NCBI GenBank assembly: GCA_007124045.1
Contig: SLFX01000088.1
Location: 1-46,374, forward strand
Reading direction: 5' to 3'
DNA: 46,374 nt
From: Candidatus Delongbacteria bacterium
GTDB lineage: Bacteria > UBA4055
In this document: positions 1 through 9,590 of the stretch, piece by piece
Position numbering within the stretch: the stretch's first letter is position 1
Layout: each line of letters begins with the position of its first letter
Made by a program: the position numbers and the translations under genes
Notes under the pieces: generated by a model
What the model was told of the DNA's origin: nothing
Seen by the model: the letters and a program-made list of their open reading frames with translations, nothing else
The model's database searches: none

Positions 1-615
1 AGAGAAGTAGTATCAAATACATGCGGGAATTTCCAATCAAGCGACAACTGGGACTGGGAGTATTTGGAAAAGAATCTGTTAAAAACGATGCTGATAAGGT
101 TTGAAAATCCTAAAAGCAGCTTTAATTCTCCGGAAGATCTCTATCTTACGATTCAAAAAATATCTGAAGAAAGGCTGATGTCCAGACGAAATGCCGTCGG
201 AAACCGACTGATGGACATACTTTCTAAAATTGCTATTGTTAAGATAATTGACATCAACTGGCAGGAGCATCTGAGAGAGGATGACGATCTCAGAAGCGGA
301 ATATCTTTGATGGCTCACGCGCAGAAAGATCCGCTTGTTGAATACAAAAGAGTATCATTTGAATCATTCAGGGAAATGGTTTTTAAGGTCAATCAACAGA
401 CGCTTGAGTTTATTTTCAAAGCCAGGATAGATGTTGAAATTGACAGGAAGGAAGAGGAAAGGAGAAAAGAGCAGCAGAGGATAAATAATCTTCGTTCATC
501 TGACGGTCAGGAAAAGCCGAAACCGGTCAGAAAATCAATTGAGAAAGTAAAAAGGAACGATCCGTGTCCTTGCGGAAGCGGTAAGAAGTTCAAAAACTGC
601 CACGGATCGGAATAA
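1..615 (+). CDS. secA: Preprotein translocase SecA, C-terminal part (5'-truncated by window edge)
   Basis: Frame is open from base 1. Contains IDINWQEHL...[11 protein letters not shown] and the C-terminal SEC-C zinc motif [18 protein letters not shown]. Confidence 0.97.
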   Translation, partial: REVVSNTCGNFQSSDNWDWEYLEKNLLKTMLIRFENPKSSFNSPEDLYLTIQKISEERLMSRRNAVGNRLMDILSKIAIVKIIDINWQEHLREDDDLRSGISLMAHAQKDPLVEYKRVSFESFREMVFKVNQQTLEFIFKARIDVEIDRKEEERRKEQQRINNLRSSDGQEKPKPVRKSIEKVKRNDPCPCGSGKKFKNCHGSE

Positions 616-634
616 GAATAACAGGGAAAATACT

Positions 635-2893
635 ATGGGCACCAATCTGGTAATACTTGAATCACCGGGGAAAGTTAAAGCGATAAGCAAATATCTTGGA
701 CCCGACTATACGGTTATAGCAAGCAACGGACATATTATCGATCTGCCGGCAAAAGAACTCGGCGTTGATATTGAAAATGATTTTAAGCCTACATATAAAG
801 TTATTGACAATTCGGGTCAGGCGGCAAGGATACTGAAAAAAATTCAGGACATGGCGAAGAAGAGCAACCGCATACTTATTGCTACCGACCCTGACAGGGA
901 GGGTGAGGCCATCGGCTGGCACATAGCCGGTCGTATAGTTACGAAATCCAAAAATATCAAAAGGGTGATTTTTAATGAAATAACAAAAAGGGGTATTGAG
1001 CGTGGTCTGCAAAGCGAGGGAGAGATAGATAAAAATCTTGTTGATTCTCAGCAGGCGAGACGAATAATGGACCGTCTGGTGGGTTACAAGATAAGTCCGT
1101 TTTTGTGGAAAACAATTTCTAACGGCCTGAGTGCGGGAAGAGTTCAGTCCGTGGCCTTAAGGATCATTTGCGAAAGAGACAGGGATATAAAAAAATTCGA
1201 TCCGGAAGAATACTGGAGCATAAAGGCTGATTTTACGACATCAAAAGAACACTTTACTGCCGCACTTTTCAAGATAAATGAAGCGGATTTTAAAATCACA
1301 TCCGCAAATGATGCAGAAAACACGATTTCCGAGATCAAAAGAGCTAAATATTCCGTATCTGATATTTCAAAGACAAAGTTAAAAAAATCACCTATGCCTC
1401 CATTTATAACATCAACGCTTCTTCAGGCCAGTGTCAACAAACTGGGTTTTTCCTCGAAAAAAACGATGCAGATAGCTCAGCAACTCTATGAAGGTGTTGA
1501 TCTGGGGTCAAAAGGCGTTACGGGACTGATCACATATATGAGAACAGACTCAACCAGAGTTTCAGGCGATGCAATAGATGAGGTTAGAGATTACATAAGC
1601 CGTAAATTCGGTGTTGATTATGTTTCTAAAAGCATCAGGAAATTCAAGTCAAAAAAGAATATACAGGATGCTCATGAGGCGATCAGACCGACTAATGTCA
1701 ATTTGGATCCCAAAAAAGTACAGTCTTTTCTTTCAAAAGAACAGCTGAGGTTGTATAAACTCATATGGACAAGATTCGTAGCAACTCAGATGAAGGAGGC
1801 GTTGTTTGAATCTACAGTTATAGATATATCAGGCGGCAGGTTCAAGTTCAGAATATCAGGCAGAAGGAATATCTTTCCCGGATTCCAGCAGGTTTTTTCT
1901 GATACTGATATAGCTGTAGATAACGGGGATGATGAAGGTAAGGTTGCAATGCCAAAAAATATTGATGTCGGAATGATCGCCGGACTTCGGGATGTTGAAT
2001 CAGATCAGCATTTTACCAAACCCCCTCCAAGATTCAATGAGGCTTCTCTGACCAAAGAACTTGAAGAGCAGGAAATAGGAAGACCTTCAACGTACGCCGC
2101 AATTATCGACAGGCTTATATATCAGAAATATGTTGAAAAGAAAGAAAAGAAGCTCGAATCAACTGAACTTGGTAATCTGGTCAACAGAATACTGGTGGAA
2201 AATTTTGACGATATTTTTAATATTCGTTTTACGAAAAGAATGGAAGCGAACCTGGACAAGATAGAGTACGGTGAAAGTAATATTACCGAGATACTTAATA
2301 AGTTCTATAAACCTTTCGAAAAGACCCTGGAGTCTGTGGCAAAAAAAACTACAGATATAAAAAAAGCGACAGAAGAGTTTCTGGATAAAAAATGTCCTGA
2401 CTGCGGAAAAGGCTATCTTGTTTCAAAATGGGGCAAGAACGGGAAATTCATAGCGTGCAGCAATTTTCCGGACTGCAAATATACATCTTCCATAGAGGGA
2501 AAGGATAAAACAGACAGGGAGCCGGCTAAAACATACGGAAAATGTCCTAAATGTTTACAGGGAAACCTTGTTCAAAAGAAGAGCCGTACAGGAAATGTTT
2601 TTATTGCATGCGACGGCTACCCCCAATGCAAGTACATTAAAAACGAAACTGTTTCAGTAAAATGTCCCGAAAAAAATTGTGACGGAACCGTAAAAGGCAA
2701 GACCACAAAAAAAGGGAGGAGATTTTACGGCTGCACGAATTTTCCGAACTGCAGCTTTGCCTCCTGGAACAAACCTGTAGAAAAAAATTGTTCGGGTTGC
2801 GGCTATGGAATACTTGAGGAAGTCAACGATAAGAAAACAATGAAAACAGTTCTGGTGTGTCCCAAATGCAAGCTTAAACATGAGAGCAGTTAA
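635..2893 (+). CDS. topA: DNA topoisomerase I (type IA) with C-terminal zinc ribbons
   Basis: TOPRIM motifs LVILESPGK and ATDPDREGEAI, SAGRVQS, catalytic LITYMRTDS, QDAHEAIRPT, GIGRPSTYA-like motif, and repeated C4 zinc fingers. Confidence 0.98.
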   Translation: MGTNLVILESPGKVKAISKYLGPDYTVIASNGHIIDLPAKELGVDIENDFKPTYKVIDNSGQAARILKKIQDMAKKSNRILIATDPDREGEAIGWHIAGRIVTKSKNIKRVIFNEITKRGIERGLQSEGEIDKNLVDSQQARRIMDRLVGYKISPFLWKTISNGLSAGRVQSVALRIICERDRDIKKFDPEEYWSIKADFTTSKEHFTAALFKINEADFKITSANDAENTISEIKRAKYSVSDISKTKLKKSPMPPFITSTLLQASVNKLGFSSKKTMQIAQQLYEGVDLGSKGVTGLITYMRTDSTRVSGDAIDEVRDYISRKFGVDYVSKSIRKFKSKKNIQDAHEAIRPTNVNLDPKKVQSFLSKEQLRLYKLIWTRFVATQMKEALFESTVIDISGGRFKFRISGRRNIFPGFQQVFSDTDIAVDNGDDEGKVAMPKNIDVGMIAGLRDVESDQHFTKPPPRFNEASLTKELEEQEIGRPSTYAAIIDRLIYQKYVEKKEKKLESTELGNLVNRILVENFDDIFNIRFTKRMEANLDKIEYGESNITEILNKFYKPFEKTLESVAKKTTDIKKATEEFLDKKCPDCGKGYLVSKWGKNGKFIACSNFPDCKYTSSIEGKDKTDREPAKTYGKCPKCLQGNLVQKKSRTGNVFIACDGYPQCKYIKNETVSVKCPEKNCDGTVKGKTTKKGRRFYGCTNFPNCSFASWNKPVEKNCSGCGYGILEEVNDKKTMKTVLVCPKCKLKHESS

Positions 2894-2992
2894 AATATTC
2901 ATTTTTATGTTGTTTTTATCTGTTTAAATGTGCATATTTAGCATGTGACTGATAAAGTTCACAGATTATCGACTGACACGGAGGGTATTATC

Positions 2993-3064
2993 ATGTCAAA
3001 CCACAGAATAATTTGCTTGACAAAAGAAGATTTAATTCTTTATTTTCAGGTTAGTTTTTACTGA
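2993..3064 (+). CDS. Possible 23-aa small ORF (MSNHRIICLTKEDLILYFQVSFY)
   Basis: GGAGG at 2980-2984 lies 8 nt before ATG 2993, with TGA at 3062-3064. No homology recognised. Confidence 0.2.
   Translation: MSNHRIICLTKEDLILYFQVSFY
3017..3046 (+). promoter_or_regulatory. Putative sigma70 promoter of the parA-pil operon
   Basis: TTGACA at 3017-3022 and TATTTT at 3041-3046 (18-nt spacer), upstream of ATG 3088. Confidence 0.4.
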
Positions 3065-3087
3065 ACTTAAAATATAGGTTGTGATCT

Positions 3088-3822
3088 ATGCGTAAAATTG
3101 CAATATTATCATCCAAAGGCGGGACAGGAAAAACAACCACATCTATCAATCTTGCCCACGGCCTTGCTCTTACAGGCAAAAGGGTTCTTTTGATAGACAG
3201 TGATCCCCAGAACACTATCGGTATTGTTTTCAATGTAAATCCGGAAAAAACTCTTTGTGATCTTATATTGAAAAGGCGGGCTTCCATAGTAAAGGTCAGG
3301 GAAAAGCTTCATATAATTTCTTCGGGAGGAAAAAATCTCGTTGATACCGAGGCGAAACTGATGAAAAAGTTCGGTAAGGAATACAAACTTAAAAAGAATC
3401 TTTCCCATCTTGACGGGGTTGATTATGTGATTGTGGATTGTGCTCCTTCAATAAATCTGATAAATGTAAATGTGCTGACTTTTTGTGATGAAGTTGTTAT
3501 TCCTATATCAATGGATTTTCTTTCTCAAATTGGCGCCAACCAGATTCTCGGAATGATCGACAGTGTCAGTAAATCATATAATAAAAATCTCGATATTCTT
3601 GGTGTGCTTCCTGTCTATTATAATGAAAAGAGAAAGATATCACTCGAAACAGTCGCAATCTTAAAAGACTTTTTCAGGGAAAAACTTTTCAACACTTACA
3701 TCAGAGAAGATGTTAATCTGAAGGAAGCTCCAAGCTTTATGAAAACAATATTCGAATACGCTCCTGATTCCTGGGGAGCTCAGGACTATTTCAAGCTTGC
3801 AAATGAGGTCGATAAAAGATAA
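3088..3822 (+). CDS. ParA/Soj/MinD-family ATPase (orphan, no parB)
   Basis: Deviant Walker A KGGTGKTT, LLIDSDPQ, DYVIVDCAPS, and C-terminal EAPSFMKTIFEYAP..GAQDY. Confidence 0.93.
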   Translation: MRKIAILSSKGGTGKTTTSINLAHGLALTGKRVLLIDSDPQNTIGIVFNVNPEKTLCDLILKRRASIVKVREKLHIISSGGKNLVDTEAKLMKKFGKEYKLKKNLSHLDGVDYVIVDCAPSINLINVNVLTFCDEVVIPISMDFLSQIGANQILGMIDSVSKSYNKNLDILGVLPVYYNEKRKISLETVAILKDFFREKLFNTYIREDVNLKEAPSFMKTIFEYAPDSWGAQDYFKLANEVDKR

Positions 3823-3843
3823 TTGAACCGGGAAGTGTAAAAA

Positions 3844-5208
3844 ATGACCGAAGATCCGAAAAAAGAATCAAAAAGTATAGGCAGAAATATTTTTGCGGAG
3901 GCCAAGTCCGGTGCCCCGAAGGATCGTGCTGAAAGTGCAAAAAAAGAAAATTATCCGCCAAAAACCGACTACGATAAACCCAAAAGCATCGGAAGGAACA
4001 TTTTTTCTGAAACTCCCGGAAAAATTTCCCCAACACCTGTTGATACAGGAACTGAGGAACTGAAAATAATTGAAAAATCTTCAGGGGATTTTACTTCAAA
4101 AGAGCGTAAAGAACCCGGGGCGGCCAACACTGTAAATGCGCTTTATATTTCTAACGAGAATGTCGTATTGGCACAGACATCATATGACGGTTATAAATAT
4201 AAACTGACGGGACTCCAAATTGCTCCTGTAGAGTTTCCCTCAATAACAGAAGATAATCTTCTTAACAAGGAGAAAGAAGATAAGGATTCTTTGATCAGAA
4301 GGCTTCAGATCGAGGCTGTAGATAAGGTCTTTACCAGGGCAAAAGTATCTAAAACCGACCCGCATATAGTATCATCGCTTAACGGTCCTAAAATAATACT
4401 TAAGCAGATTTTTGTACAAAACACCCCCCCCGAGAACATTGAGGCGGAACTTCCTAGCCTGGTAAAATCACCTTTTAATCAGGCTTTGAGCAGGTATGAA
4501 CATGTTGTTCTCAATTCTGACGGGATGAATCATAATGTTTTAGTATGCATTGCAGACAGCACCCTTTTCTTTGGAACACAGGGCATTCTGGCGTCGTCGG
4601 GAGTTGAATGTAAGATACTTGATATAGATAAAATGGCTGTTGTAAATCTTTTTAACGAATCCGTAAAGCCACCCGAGGGATCTGTCTCATGTATAATTGA
4701 TATAAATTACGACCACTCCCATATTCTTATTGTGCCTAACGGGAGTGAAGAGCTTTATGTAAGAAATATTGATTTCAATTTTAATACTTTCCGCAAAACT
4801 TTGCAAAAGAACAGGGATATTACTCTTGCGGAAACTGACGATATGATAAAGAACAGAAATTTTTACGACTATCTGACAAGTACTTTTGAGGCTGAGACGA
4901 CAGAAAATTTAAATCAGCATTTTTCTGTTAAGAAATATATAAGAATGCAGTTTTTGAGAGAGCTTCAAAAAACATTCCAGTATTATTCGCAGCAGAATCT
5001 GAATAAGATACCGAGTAAAATATACATAACGGGCAAGGCGATCGGAATGAATAAATTTGCCCAGTTCGTCAACAAAAATACCGACATACCCTGTGAGATA
5101 CTGGATATTACAGGTTTTTTCAGCGGAGATGTGTCTGTGCTGGATTATGCCAAAGGTTACGAAAGTGAGATATATATTGCGCTCGGACTGGCATTGAGAT
5201 ATGAATAA
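3844..5208 (+). CDS. PilM-like actin-fold pilus assembly protein with disordered N-terminal extension
   Basis: ELQKTFQYY, KIYITGKA and terminal IALGLALR match PilM. First gene of an M-N-O-P-secretin series. Confidence 0.7.
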   Translation: MTEDPKKESKSIGRNIFAEAKSGAPKDRAESAKKENYPPKTDYDKPKSIGRNIFSETPGKISPTPVDTGTEELKIIEKSSGDFTSKERKEPGAANTVNALYISNENVVLAQTSYDGYKYKLTGLQIAPVEFPSITEDNLLNKEKEDKDSLIRRLQIEAVDKVFTRAKVSKTDPHIVSSLNGPKIILKQIFVQNTPPENIEAELPSLVKSPFNQALSRYEHVVLNSDGMNHNVLVCIADSTLFFGTQGILASSGVECKILDIDKMAVVNLFNESVKPPEGSVSCIIDINYDHSHILIVPNGSEELYVRNIDFNFNTFRKTLQKNRDITLAETDDMIKNRNFYDYLTSTFEAETTENLNQHFSVKKYIRMQFLRELQKTFQYYSQQNLNKIPSKIYITGKAIGMNKFAQFVNKNTDIPCEILDITGFFSGDVSVLDYAKGYESEIYIALGLALRYE

Positions 5209-5231
5209 ATAAACGGAGATTAACCGCTTTA

Positions 5232-5864
5232 ATGTACAAGTTTAATTTTCTGGCAAAAATAAATCAGCAGAAACTCGAAGAGCGAAAAAGGAACAGGTTG
5301 GTATCTCTGGTATTTTTTAGTTCTGTAATATGTATGGTGGGCTTACTTGCTGTAACATATCTATATTCAAAGCAAATAGGATCACGCTACAGGGAAGTCT
5401 CCGAACTAAAATTAAGGACTGAAAGCAGATCAAGACAATTCAGATCATCTGACTTTTTCAGATATAGACATATTCAGAATGTATATAATGTGGCAACTAA
5501 AAGAAAAAAAATGAGTGCTGTTCTCGATGTGGTTGAGTCTGCCATAGACAGCACTATCATCATTACAAGTTATCGACAAACCGATTCCTTTGTTCAAGTC
5601 GTTTTATTAGCTAAAATAACGGGCAGCCGTTCGCAGTTGATGAATATCGCAAATACTGTCAAGGATCGGATTAATGATAATCTTATTGATCTGAGATATG
5701 TTGATCCAAACAAACCGGTTCGAATATCGAGATTTCCGGATATAAGAGATACTATTAATGAGCTTCAGTACTGGGAGTTTACTATTGATGCTGATTTGGA
5801 AGGTATTGTAAAAGAGGCTCCGGAAATCGTCGAAGAAGAAGAGCCGGCAGAAGAACAGGACTAA
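5232..5864 (+). CDS. PilN-like inner-membrane protein
   Basis: N-terminal FNFL (compare PilN INLL), basic patch, single TM helix, then coiled coil. Synteny after pilM. Confidence 0.6.
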   Translation: MYKFNFLAKINQQKLEERKRNRLVSLVFFSSVICMVGLLAVTYLYSKQIGSRYREVSELKLRTESRSRQFRSSDFFRYRHIQNVYNVATKRKKMSAVLDVVESAIDSTIIITSYRQTDSFVQVVLLAKITGSRSQLMNIANTVKDRINDNLIDLRYVDPNKPVRISRFPDIRDTINELQYWEFTIDADLEGIVKEAPEIVEEEEPAEEQD

Positions 5865-5881
5865 GTATTAGTGTAGGGATT

Positions 5882-6472
5882 TTGATGAAAAAAGAATATA
5901 TATATATAGGTGTTTTGGCGGTTTTAACTGTCGCGGGAGTTATGTTCAAATCAATCTTTTTGTCCGGAACTATAGAAAACACTGTAGCTATATCAAAAGA
6001 AACTGACGAGCTGACTGCGAAATTCATCAGAGACAGCCTTGTGCAGCGGGAAGCCGTTGATTTAAGAAAAATTTTTGAAAAGAACAAAAGGGACGACAGA
6101 TCATATATTGAAGTAATAGCCGACTTGCTTAATGTAACTGAGAGTATGTTAAAGGCTTCGGGAATAAAGTATGATCAGAACAGCATCGGTCAGGACGCAG
6201 ATGAAGTCAGAAATCAAAGAGACGGGACATCTTCATTATTCATAAATTTAAATTTCACATCTGAATACAGCAGTGTTAAAAAGCTTTTAACCATAATTGA
6301 GGACAGTGATTATATCATAAATGTCAGAGATATGCATATTACAAGAGATAGACCACTTCCTGATGACAGAACAAGAAATATGCTTGAAGAACGGGGTCTT
6401 GCGTTCGACCAGTATAATGTAAAATCGCCTGTAAATGTAAGATTAAGAATGGAATTTGTGAAATTTTTGTAA
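5882..6472 (+). CDS. PilO-like protein
   Basis: N-terminal TM helix, coiled coil, and INLNFTSEYSSVKKLLTIIE resembling the PilO ferredoxin-like core. Synteny. Confidence 0.6.
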   Translation: MMKKEYIYIGVLAVLTVAGVMFKSIFLSGTIENTVAISKETDELTAKFIRDSLVQREAVDLRKIFEKNKRDDRSYIEVIADLLNVTESMLKASGIKYDQNSIGQDADEVRNQRDGTSSLFINLNFTSEYSSVKKLLTIIEDSDYIINVRDMHITRDRPLPDDRTRNMLEERGLAFDQYNVKSPVNVRLRMEFVKFL

Positions 6473-6485
6473 AAACCGAGAAATT

Positions 6486-7175
6486 ATGAAAAACTTTTTA
6501 AAAGAACAAATAGCCGTTTTTGCAGTATCGTTTCTGGCCATTGTCATACTGGCACTGCAAATCGTTTCTATAGATGCAGATACAACAAAGGTCGATGCCG
6601 GTGAGAGGTACAGATCAAGTATAGACAGCGTAAGAAATGCCACCAGGCTGTTTGAATTTATTTCCGGGGGTGAATTCTCCGAACCAAGAGATGTTTTTAA
6701 TTTCAAGATCACGGAACTAAAGCCCCTTGTTAAGCAGGTTGAGGAACAAGCACCTGTTATCAGAACAAGATGGATAAACACGAACGAGATCGAGCTCTTC
6801 GGTCGGGATGTGATATCATATTCTTTTTTCTTCAACGGCAGGGCAAGATTTACAATAAACGGCAGAACCCAGGAATTTGCGGTCGGTGATGAACTGAAGG
6901 TAGGTAAGATAATTCAAAGAGAGGTAGTTCAGGGAACAGGCAGTCCGACCGGCAGAACAAGAACCGGAAATGATTTCAGCGGCAAGATACTGCTGATTAA
7001 TGAAAGATCCGTATATGTTGATACAAATATGCCGGACAATGTCGTTCAGTACAGGCCGGGGGTTGAAGCAAGGCTGTTCGCCCGTAATCTCATGCAGGAT
7101 ATCTCTTCAGATGGTGACAGCGGAACACAGCAGGATGCACCTGCAGGCGGCAGACGGCCCGGAAGAGGACGCTAA
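6486..7175 (+). CDS. Membrane-anchored protein in the PilP position
   Basis: N-terminal TM, RDVF (compare PilP RDPF) and a beta-rich domain. Lies between pilO-like and secretin genes. Confidence 0.45.
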   Translation: MKNFLKEQIAVFAVSFLAIVILALQIVSIDADTTKVDAGERYRSSIDSVRNATRLFEFISGGEFSEPRDVFNFKITELKPLVKQVEEQAPVIRTRWINTNEIELFGRDVISYSFFFNGRARFTINGRTQEFAVGDELKVGKIIQREVVQGTGSPTGRTRTGNDFSGKILLINERSVYVDTNMPDNVVQYRPGVEARLFARNLMQDISSDGDSGTQQDAPAGGRRPGRGR

Positions 7176-7226
7176 ATGATGAATACAGATTGTTATACAA
7201 CCAATATAAAACGGGAGGAAGAATAA

Positions 7227-8603
7227 ATGAAAAGGATTCTATTACCTGTTCTGATTTCGGTTCTGATGTGTCAGGTTTCTTTTGCGAACCTCATTTTCGA
7301 CACAACATCAGATAATTTCAGAACGCCGATATCTCTTACCGCTCTTGACCAGTCGGTGGCCCAGGTACTCGATGCTCTTGCAGAAAGAGCAGGTGTCAAT
7401 CTTGTTCAGGGAGAGGAAACTATCGGAAAAAAAGTAACTCTTACCCTGAACGACATACCGATTATTGATGCTCTTGATCTTGTAATCAGAGCGACAGATC
7501 TGAGCTATCAGATAATTGATAACTCGGTGATCGTGGCTTCAGAAGCTAAAGTCAACAGAGAGATAGGTCTTAATACTTCCGTGTTCGATCTTCAGTATGC
7601 AGACGCGAGAGTTGTCAAGGCGATGCTTTCGGATATTTCCACAAAGATCCAGGTGGACGAACTGGGTAACAGGCTGATCTATCAGGCAAGTCCGAAGATC
7701 GCGAGCGAGATCCAGAGAGTTCTTCTCAGAATAGACAGGCCTTTACAGCAGGTCCTTTTCAAAGCAAGGATCAAAGAGGTCGGAAGTGAAAGACAGGAAA
7801 GGTACGGCATCGAATGGGAGAAAATTGCAAACTATTCTACCCGTATCAGAGAAGGCGCATATCAGGACTGGGGAACCTGGTCTTATGACGGAACGAGCTA
7901 TTCATTTAACTATGATCCTATGTCATATCCTATAAGAAATATGGGTGGAGATTTTGCAGGTGATTATGTATATCCTACTTCTATTTCCCCAAGAATGCGA
8001 CATGAAACTACCGCAGGTATAAATGATGTCTGGCATAGAGTGATCAGTCAGGAATATGAAATGAGTCTTGATTTTAGAAACAGGGACAACGATGCGATAA
8101 TACTTGCAGAACCTGAGATCGCCACCCTGAACAACAAACAGGCTTTCGTTCATATAGGTGATGTTGTGCCGTATACGGTAACAAGCGTCCAGCAGGGTAC
8201 TACAACTCAGACTGTACAGAAAGAGGAAATAGGTGTAAAGTTGATGGTACAGCCTATCATTAACGAGGAAAACGATATAACTGTAAGACTCGAAGCAGAG
8301 GTATCATCAATTTTCGGATGGGTGGGACCCAATTCAGAGATACCGTGGATCAAAGTCCGCAGGGCTGATACAACCGTAAGGGTCAGAGACGGTCAGACAA
8401 TCAGGATAGGCGGAATGCTTCTGGAGGATGAAACATATACCGTTAACAAACTGCCGCTTCTCGGTGACATTCCCTATATAGGCTATCTTTTCCAGCATCA
8501 GGTAAAGACTAACAGAGTAACTAATCTGATAATAGAGATAACGCCTTATATTATGATAGACGGTGAGGTCATTATTGATGATGACGATTTCTTCGGGTTT
8601 TAA
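7227..8603 (+). CDS. Secretin (PilQ/GspD family)
   Basis: Signal peptide, STN/N domains, PEIATLNNKQAFVHIG, VRVRDGQTIRIGG, KLPLLGDIPYIGYLF, LIIEITPYI. Confidence 0.93.
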   Translation: MKRILLPVLISVLMCQVSFANLIFDTTSDNFRTPISLTALDQSVAQVLDALAERAGVNLVQGEETIGKKVTLTLNDIPIIDALDLVIRATDLSYQIIDNSVIVASEAKVNREIGLNTSVFDLQYADARVVKAMLSDISTKIQVDELGNRLIYQASPKIASEIQRVLLRIDRPLQQVLFKARIKEVGSERQERYGIEWEKIANYSTRIREGAYQDWGTWSYDGTSYSFNYDPMSYPIRNMGGDFAGDYVYPTSISPRMRHETTAGINDVWHRVISQEYEMSLDFRNRDNDAIILAEPEIATLNNKQAFVHIGDVVPYTVTSVQQGTTTQTVQKEEIGVKLMVQPIINEENDITVRLEAEVSSIFGWVGPNSEIPWIKVRRADTTVRVRDGQTIRIGGMLLEDETYTVNKLPLLGDIPYIGYLFQHQVKTNRVTNLIIEITPYIMIDGEVIIDDDDFFGF

Positions 8604-9490
8604 TGTCTAAATTCAAAAATATACAGAAAAAAAGCAGACATGTTTTGCTTTTTTTCTTATTCTTTCTGATAGGATGTTCCCGTTCAGGACAGAAAATTAA
8701 TCTTTTCTATTCTGGTAATCTGAGCGGAATTGTTGAATATTGTGCTTGCCCCAAGGCAACGGAAGGTACTATCCTCAATCATTATACATTTTACAGGGAC
8801 AGTGTAAAGAATGGCGATAGCAGTTATTATATTTCGGCCGGAAATCTTTTTGCTTACAGCAAAAACGACAGCGAAAATCTGCTGATCGGTGAGATAGCAG
8901 GGCTTCTCGGTTACGACCTTATTTTTCCGGGCAGGAATGATTTTCAGTTTACGGAAAAATTCTCCGATATGGCTGTATCATTCAATATTGAGGGTGCAGC
9001 AGAATACAGATTATTGAAAAAAAAAGGTCTGAGAATTTCTCTGACCGGTATGGCCGATCCTTCATTTAACAGATTAGCGGCAGGGGAGACCATTAAAAAC
9101 AGGTCGATGGAAGAGATAATGTCTTTTATCAGCGGTCTTAAAGCCCGGTCCGACATAGTAATTTTCATCTCAAATCTGGACCCGGAGTTCGAGAGAGAGG
9201 TTTTTATGAAGATAAAAGATATTGATGTGCTTATTTCTGTTACAGGAGCCAGGAACGAAGCGTATTCATTCGGCGACAGGTATCTTATAAGTACGGGTCA
9301 TTTCGGAGAAAATATTGGAATACTGACTGTTAAGAAAACCGGAAGTGACATCTCTTTTAAAAACCGTTTTGTAAGCATCAGCCGAAGATTATTCAGAGAC
9401 GATCCTGAGATGAGGTTAAAGACTGATGAATTGAGAAAAAAATATGGTATCGAACTTGAAGAATACGATTCAATTCTTTTTGATCTGTAA
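8603..9490 (+). CDS. UshA-like/5'-nucleotidase N-terminal metallophosphoesterase-fold lipoprotein with CxC motif
   Basis: Lipobox-like LIGCS, LFYSGNLSGIVEYCACP, ISAGNLF, PGRNDF and IDVLIS. Metal ligands look partly degenerate. Confidence 0.55.
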   Translation: MSKFKNIQKKSRHVLLFFLFFLIGCSRSGQKINLFYSGNLSGIVEYCACPKATEGTILNHYTFYRDSVKNGDSSYYISAGNLFAYSKNDSENLLIGEIAGLLGYDLIFPGRNDFQFTEKFSDMAVSFNIEGAAEYRLLKKKGLRISLTGMADPSFNRLAAGETIKNRSMEEIMSFISGLKARSDIVIFISNLDPEFEREVFMKIKDIDVLISVTGARNEAYSFGDRYLISTGHFGENIGILTVKKTGSDISFKNRFVSISRRLFRDDPEMRLKTDELRKKYGIELEEYDSILFDL

Positions 9491-9590
9491 AAATAATTCC
9501 TGAAGAAAAATATATAAAATTATATTGTATTTTTTATAGAATATGATTATTTTCCAAGCTGAGAAAACAAATTTAACCGCGGAGTAATTT

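Noticed and set aside
2894-3087. Riboswitch (e.g. c-di-GMP) upstream of the pilus operon
   Set aside because: No recognisable conserved aptamer motifs by eye. An Rfam/Infernal scan would be needed to exclude it fully.
5487-5496. ATGTGGCA inside the pilN-like gene as a fifth motif copy
   Set aside because: Lacks the CGCC left half and the spaced -10 box, and is intragenic.
8740-8750. Selenocysteine in the UshA-like CxC motif
   Set aside because: Codons are TGT-GCT-TGC, with no in-frame TGA.
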